Both the position numbers and the translations under genes were made by a program. Positions 24,401 through 32,821 of a stretch of DNA of 32,821 nucleotides are shown here, piece after piece. The first letter of the stretch is position 1, and each line of letters starts with the position of its first letter. Below the pieces are notes generated by a model. The model was not told where the DNA came from and searched no databases. It saw only the letters and a list, made by a program, of their open reading frames with translations. The stretch comes from Priapulus caudatus (Eukaryota): the NCBI RefSeq assembly GCF_000485595.1, contig NW_014577080.1, positions 900,200 to 933,020 of the forward strand, given 5' to 3'.

Positions 24401-26781
24401 AAAAAACAAAAGATGGTGAACGTATAAAGGCATGGCCGAACAACTGGCACAGGCGACGAGTGCACACTGCATATAACAAAAATCAAGGAAGACGGTAAGA
24501 TTCTCAAGCTAAGCGATAACGCACAAAAAATATTTTAACAAGACCGTAATCTTGTGTACGCAACGACGGTTGATATAGATTCGCGATTACAAACACAAAC
24601 ACAAGCCCATTTAGTAAAATTTTCGTACGAATTTCCGTGTACGCAGCAAGAGGCAAAGCGCATTTTAAAGAGTGCGATTCATCAAGCTAGAAATTTATAC
24701 GTAAACCTGTTTGCGTAACTTTACACAGCTGGACGACCCCGGTGCCGTAAACCACTCGAAATTTCCGCAGATGTTTTCAGACTCCGGCAGCATGCAGTTA
24801 TTTTATTGAGAAAAATTATAATTACTTAACTCAATAAATAAATAAATAATTGACCATACTGCGCGACAGGGCGGGTCGCTTTGACGCTTTTTTTGTCAGG
24901 TAGCTTGGCATTGTTTTTGTTATAAGCGACTGTTAGTAGTTAGCCGTGTTACGTGCACCGTCACGCCGTGTACGTTGCAGCAGCGCACGCACTTGTACGT
25001 GCACAAGGAGGCGACGAAGGTGTCCGTGCACACGCACGCACGCCATGTGCACAAGCGACGCACCACGTGTACGGTACGCACGCGCGCCGTGATACGTAAC
25101 CGCACGCACGCACCGTGTCGTTCACACGCACGCAGCACGCACGTGTACCGTGCACCACAGCACGCACGCACCGTGTACGTGCACATCACAGCAGGCACAC
25201 GTGCACATGGCAACACGTACGCACGGCAAGCGTGTAGAGCGTGCCCCGCACGCACGCACGTGTGACGTACACAGACGACGCCACGAACGTGTACGTGAAC
25301 ACACCGCGACACACGCACGACACGCACGTGTACGTTGGAACACGACGCACGCACGTGGTTACGTGCACCACCGCCGCACACGTGGCATAAGCACGGCACG
25401 ACCGCCAGTGTAGTACACACACGCACGCAGCACGTTGTCGTGGGCACACGCACGTACGTGTACGTTTGCACACACACGACGACGTGACATGCACGCTAGC
25501 ACGCGTCGCCCGTGTATTATACAAACGCTACGCACGCAGACGCACTGTACGTGACACGCACGCACGCACACAGTTGCACACACACGCACGCCACACGTGC
25601 ACACCGCAGCACGCACGACACGTGTTACGTGCACACGCACGCCCGCACGTGTACGTGCACACGCATCGCACGCAGTGTGTACACCACGCGTGTACAGTGA
25701 CCTGTTGCACGCACGCACGCGGTACCGATTACACACGCACGACGCACGGTGTACGTGACACGAACGCACACGACGCACGCCGCACTGCGCGTTGTACGTA
25801 CCACGCACGCCGCACCCGCAATGTTTCCACCGTGACCCACCCCACCGCCGCCGTGCTTAAACACGTGCCCAGCCCCGCAACGCACCACCGTGCCACACTG
25901 CACAGCACCGCACGTACAACGCCAACCGACAACACGGCACCCCCCCGTGCTAACAGCAGCTGCACCGCACCACAGCCACCGCACACCGCTACGATGCTTA
26001 CGCTACCGTCCGCCTAGCCTTATCCATGAGAAGTGTTCGACGACGCCCACCATCAGTCCCATGACGCGCACCGACAAATCGACAGGCACTAATACAATCA
26101 CCCAAGCACTTCCCGGTAGACAAAGCTGACGAGCATTATGCGTTTACGAATACAAGACGAGAGAGGCGTTCAGTTTGGTTCCTACTGGTATTAGTGTCGC
26201 ACAGTGTGTTGGTGTTAATGGCTAGGCACGCCTTCAACAGCCAAGCCAGGTCACGCTGGGCGTAAGTGGATTTACACTATGAATTCATTACATTGCGTAC
26301 GCAGTGCTAGCTGTCGTTGATGAATCGCACCTGACGAGTTTTGGTACGTAACTTCGCTAGAACTCGTGTACGCCAATACACTTTTACGCAACGTTGTTGA
26401 ATCCCGGCCACCTTTGGGCGGGTTCATGTAGGCCACCTGCCCAGTAGTGGCCGGACCAGGCAGGCACGCGCCTGCCGTTTCCTGGCACTATTTGAGATAA
26501 CAATTGTGCAGGGAAAAAAGACAGTATGACCAAAGTGCAGAATGAACCCGGGGGGGAAGCATCCCCCACATATATGGTAGGTATGTGCCACATGCGAAAG
26601 TCAAAATGGGGGGGGGGGACTCTGGAACTAACTCAAAACCTTAAATTGGGGGTCTCATGGAACTAATGTTTGTTGAAATGTGTATGCTCTGGAACCGGCT
26701 ATGCGTTCGCGAAATAGCGGAGGTCTCCGCGAACTAGGATTCGTTGAATGCAATGCTATGGAACGCGACACGGTTAAAAAG
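21464..26781. repeat. Block U, copy 3 (most degraded, with an A/C-rich junk tract at ~23130-24010)
   Basis: Same landmarks in the same order; followed by 26783-27005, which repeats 12813-13046. Confidence 0.85.
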
Positions 26782-27447
26782 CATCACATCTCCTTACACA
26801 CAGACAAAGAACGCGCATACGCGCATGTGCTCACCTCCGCGCCCAGCACCAGAATTCTCCCGACTCCTATCTCCCTGTCCTATATATTACCCGCAAACCC
26901 CCTACATCCTGAGCGCACATGTCACCCGTTCTCCCAGACCGCGTCCTACCCCCATTTCACAATGACCCTCTAATCTGTCTAACCTAACCACGTTTACCAT
27001 TCTCTCTAATACATCAATGTAGCCGCGCATCTTGTTGCGCGACGCTCTGTCTAGCTAGCCATGTAACACGTGTAAAACAGATGTTACATGATCTCGCTTT
27101 TCCCAAAAACGATGTCTACCCTGTCATCGATTCAGCGTCCTCGCTGGTCTACACTTCAACCTAAACCTAAACTATTCCAAAAAAAAATTACTATCCTGAT
27201 ACTTTCCTAACTTAACCCAACGAGAGAAACGTCTTTCTGTCCGATTAAACCACCCACAATCAATACACACAAACATAACAACAATCAAAATACAATAAGA
27301 AAACACATATGAAGCGTAGAAAACAAGTAACGATAAAGTTCGATCACAATACAAGTCAGAAACTCAACACATTTGGCATGAACATTCTGATATCGCTGCA
27401 ATTACTCTCACTCTTGCGTATTTTTATGCTGTAACGTACGTGGCGTA

Positions 27448-28191
27448 TGTCACCGTGTCACTTCTTTATTTATGCCCACGCGTGACGGCGTGATCGTATC
27501 TCTGTTTAGTACCCCGTGAGGGAATAACCCGGATCGAGGATATAAAAGACAGCCATTGATATACAACTCAACGCCGTAATTTAGATAACACACGCACGTA
27601 TAACATTTATTAATTAATATCCCCCATCACCGTACACTTCAATCCCAACACCCCACTCGTTATAAATTCGTCATGTATTCTAATGACTACCCAGCACTTG
27701 CCTACAATTGCTGTTACTACCGTCGTTACCCGTCCGTCTCGCTCAAATCATCCCCGCGACCCATCTACTCCCGACACTGCTAAACTATATTATTAACCCG
27801 CAATACTGTCCCGTCCGAATTCTATACCATTTACTCTAACAACAATCTAAACAGTCTGTACAATCAACTAACATACAAAGAAAAACCATAGTTACGTATA
27901 TGCCATCTCGTCGGAGGAGTCTTGTTCAGCTTCGTCTCGGCTGGTCCCAGCACACTCTCTCCCTACTCTGTTAAACTCAGCTTATTTATGCTGCCCAACG
28001 TCTGCGTGCGACCTTGCTCCCTTCGGTCAATGGGCGTACCCGCCATCTTCCTTTGTTTCTTGTTCTGCTGCTGTTGTTCTTCCCGCAACTGGGTTAGTGA
28101 TGTCATGTACCTCCATCGCTCGGCTGGTACTGCCCGGTGGTCGGTGACGTAACCGTTTCGCGTTCCTTTTCGTACCATATGCTCGGTTACA
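27448..28191 (-). mobile_element. 3' LTR of Ty3/gypsy element (744 bp)
   Basis: Minus strand reads TGTAACCG...CGGTGACA (7/8 inverted match), preceded by polypurine tract AAAGGGAGGGG (28206-28196); 27448-27967 is a direct repeat of 31764-32280. Confidence 0.85.
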
Positions 28192-30359
28192 CATGCCCCT
28201 CCCTTTGAAAGAACGTACCTCCGGTACGTCTCCCCTCGTGTTCTCACGAGACCTTTCCCTCTCAGCTCACTCCGCCGTTGAAAGGAATAGGCCCTTGCGT
28301 TGTGTCTATGATGTTATTTGTATAGTGTTTTAACATATTCCTCTCAAAGCTATGCTCGCTGCTGTCTCTTTCTCCGTTGTCGCCTCTGTCCTGTCTATTG
28401 CTGTGGTCGTGGCGGTTGTTCCTGTGCTGTGTTAGTCTAGGTAGCATAGGTGTATGAGATGCTGACTGTTCCTTCTCTTTATTTCCCCCCCTCCGAGTGG
28501 CTCTATACCGTTCTACCCAAGATGCGTTCTTACTATATACTTGTTTCCTATGTACACTTTCTTTCTCTATTTTCTATCATCATCTTTCTTCTATTTGCGT
28601 CTATTCTATTCTATAGATTCGCGTCACGTTTCCCCCTTCCTCTTTCTCTGTTTTACTGTCTTCTTCTCTCCTCGTCTCTCAGTTCTTTGTGTTCGAACGA
28701 GTGCGTGGCTTCCCCCACGCGACGTCCCACCTGTAGAAAACCCCCTCGATGTATGAGGGTACATACGCGACTCGTTCGATTCTCACCTGAACTATGTCCG
28801 TCTTAATATTTCTCTCTGTCGTGTACCCTCAGTCGCCTTTGTTCATCTGTACCGTTATTTGTCGTTTTGTCCCGTTCGTAATGGTTGGGATGGTCAGTCC
28901 TTTTCGTTTTACAATCGGGTCGTGTCTTTGTCGTCGTTGTTCTCCCTGTCCTCCTTGGCGGCTGTACACCTCTTCTTTGTCAGCACTGTTTCTTCCGAGT
29001 ATGTTTCGTCCGAACATCTCCTTAGCTGATTCGTGCTCTCTCTCTTCCTGGAAGCTCCTGAATCTCGCTGGTTATCAGCTTCCTGTGTATCGCTGTGCAT
29101 GCCAGTTGATTCGCTAGCATGTGCAATCGCCTCTGTCTCCGGTGGCGTCTCTTTCACACCTGCTGTGTTGTGTTGATCCGAGTTTCCTTTCCGCTCGGGA
29201 TCGTAATGTGACGCTCGTGTTTCCTCGCCGTCACTGTCGTTCGTCGCCGTTCGTCGTCCGGCGTCGTTCCTCTCTCTCGACGTTGTATGGTTCTCAACAG
29301 CGTTTTATCGTCCGATGACCATTCTCCGTCGCCATCACCTGGTTGATAGGTCTGTTTTGCCCGCCCATCAAATCTTCGTCTCGTGTCTCTTTCTTCTCTT
29401 TCATTTTCTCATCTTTTAATATTCATTATTTCAAAATACATAATATGTACAGTTGACAACGTCTGCATATCTACACGAAATACATGCCACTTGCCCAGTA
29501 CCAGACTAATAAAATTTATACAATATCGCGCAAAAACACTTCTCGCTGCTGCCGTACTACCAATAATGTTTAAACAGTCGCATATTACTACAGATAGTCT
29601 CTGTCTAGACCTAACTGGCAACAGTTTTTTTCACGAAGAAATCCGTAGGTGCATTCGTGCGAGTACGTTCACTGACTGGTCAGTGTTCTAGCCTGTCGGC
29701 CCCTATTCGACCGGTGACCCCAATACGTCCCGTCTCCTCAAGTTCATGAGTTGTGACAAATGCTATTCTTAGCACAAACAGCGGGCTACACTGCCGTCAC
29801 TCAACCTTGATGAGGTTCATGATGAATTTGGGAATCCAGACGTGGACGCAGCTACTTAACCCCCCAGTAGCATATATATTAGTGAGGGATAGAGGGACCG
29901 AAGTATGAGAAAGTGAATGAACGTACTGCACATATTCACCTTCACAAGTAAATACATTTCAACAAGAACTCCTGACGAATCAGTACACACTAGTAGCCGT
30001 AACACCGTCAACGAAGTGAAGAAACCCGAGGTGCCGTAAAACTGATATACCGAAGTGATTTGATTGTGTTGGGCATTCCCTGGCTGGAAATCAAGATTCT
30101 ACTGCTAATCAGCTTTATCAAACAGAAAACAACTGTACCCTCAGCTGTTTACGAAATTACGCTTATTGCTAAGTTACGAACCAGTTACAACACGCTGGCT
30201 ACTTGGCTTACAAATTTATCGAGATCTGCTAGTTATCACATTGATTTCGTCAGCGTTAAAAACTAGTAGGCACTCCAGCATAGAAATCATCCACATTTAA
30301 ACCTCAAGAAAATATCGCGGCCTGATAACAGGATAAGAAATTCGAGACACACGTCCTTT

Positions 30360-30425
30360 GCCTTTCCTCTCTCCCACTCTCTCTCCTCTTTCTCTCTTTC
30401 TCTCACATACATATACTCGCTCTCT

Positions 30426-30466
<41 letters not shown>

Positions 30467-30671
30467 TCTCTCTCTCACTCTCATATACATCTGTTCGCTC
30501 TCTCTCTGTCTCTCGCTCTCTCGTGCTCTCTCTCTCTCTTTCTCTGTCTCTCTCTCTCTCGCTCGCTCGCTCTCGCGCTCTCTCTCTCTCTCTGTCTCTC
30601 TCCCTCTCTCTCGCTCTCTCGTGCTCTCACTCTCTCTCTGTCTCTCTCCTTCTCGCTCGCTCTCTCGCGCG

Positions 30672-30709
<38 letters not shown>

Positions 30710-30752
30710 CTCTCTCGATCACCCGCTCTCACTCTATCTCTCTCTCTCTCTC
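30360..30752. repeat. (CT)n/(CTCG)n microsatellite
   Basis: Long pyrimidine-rich dinucleotide tract abutting the gag stop codon. Confidence 0.95.
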
Positions 30753-31578
30753 TACTTTAATCGACCTTTCTCTTCCTTTGCTGTGGCGCTATTTACCTCC
30801 ATTGGGACCTCTTTTTCCCTCAGCGCTACCTCTCTGTCTAGTCTATCTTCTTCTCTCGCTACTTTTGCTGCCGCTTGTAGGGTATCAGGGTTCTGCGCTA
30901 TTAGTTTCCTCCTCATCGCCTTCTTAGCCAATCCATCTATAAAGGATTCTACTAACGTTTCCTGCCTCCCTGGTTTCTATCTCTCTTGGGTAAGCCGTAC
31001 TATATACCCTGGCGATGCGTTCCTCGAACTCCTCTATCGTCTCGTCCCGCTTCTGCATGATTCTTTTCAAATCTTGTCTCGCGGCTAGTCGTTCGAACTG
31101 ATCTCCGAATCTCTTCCTCATCAGTTCTATTAGCTCCTCGCCACCTATCCCCGCATCCTCCCTTGTTTGCCGGACGCAAAAATCATATGCCGACCCTGCT
31201 GTGGTCATTAGGAGTACCTCCTTTAGGTCTGCATTCGCCCCCAGCCGAGCGCCTATTCCCTCTAACTGCCTCTCATATTCTCTAAATTTCATGCTATCTG
31301 CCTTCGCATCCCCCGTAAATTTCCTTATTTCTCGTCGTATTCCGGCAGGGGCGTGTACAGGATTTTTACCAGGGGACTCCCCCAGAAAAATTTTGTAATT
31401 AGACCCCTCTAAAATGCATTTTCTGCGCGAGCAGGGGGGGGTCCGGACCCCCTGGACCCCCCCCTGTACACGCCCCTGTTCCCTGCAGCTTCATCTCATC
31501 TCTTAGCTCCCTTACCACCGGACTAAGCACTTGTCCTATAATCTGTACGATATCCCCCATATTTATCCCATGCGCCAT
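30752..31578 (-). pseudogene. gag: Ty3/gypsy gag, interrupted by a MITE and one frameshift
   Basis: MAHGINMGDIVQ...KLQG [MITE] GIRREIRKFTGD...RKRFGD...QKRDETIEEFEERIARVYSTAYP (MHR-like), then after a frameshift near 30970-30985 LVESFIDGL...NPDTLQAAAKVA...VPMEVN; typical gypsy Gag motifs. Confidence 0.8.
31346..31478. mobile_element. 133-bp MITE
   Basis: Perfect 16-bp TIRs CAGGGGCGTGTACAGG / CCTGTACACGCCCCTG; flanks TTCCGG / TTCCCT (possible imperfect 6-bp TSD). Confidence 0.9.
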
Positions 31579-31737
31579 CGTGCGCCCTAACTCTAGCGTC
31601 CTCCAAAATAGCTTACCCCTTACTGCCCTTTACCCGGCCCTACGATTTCTGAAACGGAATGTGCATTAACTGCTGGAAAACAATCGGATTAGATCACTCA
31701 TGCGCTAGCGCTGCGTATCACGTGACTGAAATTTTAT

Positions 31738-31758
31738 ATCCTGGTCGCACGGGCCCCA
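31738..31758 (-). promoter_or_regulatory. Primer-binding site, degenerate tRNA-His type
   Basis: Minus strand TGGGGCCCGTGCGACCAGGAT, 5 nt after the LTR end; resembles TGGTGCCGTGACCAGGAT, the complement of the invertebrate tRNA-His(GUG) 3' end. Confidence 0.6.
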
Positions 31759-31763
31759 TTTTA

Positions 31764-32280
31764 TGTCACCGCGTGCTTCTTTATTTATGCCCACGCGCGA
31801 CGGCGTGATCGTATCTCTGTTTAGTACCCCGTGAGAGAATAACCCGGCTCGAGGATATAAAAGACAGCCATTGATATACAACGCAACGCGGTAATTTAGA
31901 TAACACACACGTATAACATTTATTAATGAATATCCCTCATCACCGTACACTTCAATCCCAACACCCCACTCGTTATAAATTCGTCATGTATTCTAATGAC
32001 TACCCAGCGCTTGCCTACAATCGCTGTTACTACCGTCGTTACCCGTCCGTCTCGCTCAAATCATCCCCGCGACCCATCTACTCCCGACACCGCTAAACTA
32101 TATTATTAACCCGCAATACTGTCCCGTCCGAATTCTATACCATTTACTCTAACAACAATCTAAACAGTCTGTACAATCAACTAACATACAAAGAAAAACC
32201 ATAGTTACGTATATGCCATCTCGTCGGAGGAGTCTTGTTCAGGTTCGTCTCGGCTGGTCCCAGCACACTCTCTCCCTACT
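31764..32280 (-). mobile_element. 5' LTR, truncated (lacks its first ~225 bp)
   Basis: About 97% identical by eye to 27448-27967; identity stops abruptly at 32280. Confidence 0.85.
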
Positions 32281-32662
32281 GCCGACACAAGATTGATTCA
32301 CATACCCATTTTAAGTATTTCCGTCTCGTTCATCTCTTGCGTTCTTGTTCCTTTCGTGTTACTGCATCCTTCTCTTCCTTCGTCGGAATCTATCCTTCCT
32401 TTCTCGTCCTTTTCCTCTCCGTTGACAACCTTGCCAACGCGGCGGCCGCAACGGTCCTCCTTCTCCACGATCTCCAACCAATCCTCGTCGCCATCGTCAT
32501 CGTCGTCGGCGCTAGCGCAGCCTGGCTCCCATCTCATCATCAAAACTCGCTCTTTTCGTCCCTTTCTCCCTGTCTCGCTCTCCGTCATTCTTCCTCTGTT
32601 TCTTTGCTGGCCCATAGATCGATATAGTGTTTCGGCTATACTCTCTCCCATCTCGTCATCGG

Positions 32663-32821
32663 CAGGGGCGGCGCCAGGGTATTTTCTTAGGGGGCGAAAC
32701 CAGGGGCGTGTACAGGAGCACGCGAAGGAGGGGGGGGTCTTGGGGATTCCCCCAGGACATTTTTGAAATTAGACCCCCTGCCCTCAGAGCGTTTTCTGCG
32801 CGAGGCGAGGCGGGGGTCCGG
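32663..32821. mobile_element. MITE end (CAGGGGCGGCGCCAGG) with a second MITE (32701 to window end) of the same family as 31346-31478
   Basis: CAGGGGCGTGTACAGG at 32701 plus shared internal AATTAGACCCC and TTTTCTGCGCGAG...GGGGTCCGG; runs off the window. Confidence 0.75.

Larger units (their letters stand above)
27448..32280 (-). mobile_element. Decayed, pol-less Ty3/gypsy LTR retrotransposon
   Basis: Two LTR copies, PBS, PPT and gag remnant all in consistent minus orientation; no RT/RNase H/integrase ORF in between. Confidence 0.85.

Noticed and set aside
9083..26129. Many long His/Thr/Arg/Cys/Val-rich ORFs (e.g. 10892-11980, 11200-12291, 17290-18243, 19567-20619)
   Set aside because: Translations of stop-free RY microsatellites, open in several frames on both strands, with frames not conserved between block copies.
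30056..30095. IVLGIPWLE resembling the retropepsin ILGxPWL motif
   Set aside because: On the strand opposite to gag, with no convincing in-frame D(S/T)G motif or ORF; at best a highly decayed unrelated fragment.
30358..31088. Ser/Leu-rich plus-strand ORFs
   Set aside because: Translation of (CT)n and the antisense of gag.
32298..32651. 117-aa acidic/charged minus-strand ORF
   Set aside because: No recognisable motif; purine-rich strand bias like retroelement interior, so no product can be assigned.

Overview
Repeat-rich eukaryotic DNA, most likely from an invertebrate animal, from a partly unpolished assembly (two N-gaps, indel-riddled repeated blocks). The only convincing intact gene is a 647-aa secreted glycoside hydrolase family 8 (GH8) enzyme at 2025-3968: signal peptide, compact CBM2-like module, ~23 PQTT linker repeats and a Cys-rich GH8 domain. 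Its CDS is intronless and GC-rich, yet it sits behind a eukaryotic TATA/Inr promoter and a GT-AG 5'UTR intron. It is therefore a strong candidate for a horizontally acquired, domesticated polysaccharide-degrading enzyme, and it has Glu rather than Asp/Asn at the GH8a catalytic-base position. The rest is microsatellites, a 26-bp CCAAT minisatellite, Helitron/Helentron-like and MITE-like non-autonomous elements, a ~4.3-5.3 kb block present three times (probably a long-read gap-filling artefact), and a decayed gag-only Ty3/gypsy LTR retrotransposon on the minus strand (27448-32280) with a MITE inserted in gag. Most other ORFs in the track are translations of simple repeats.
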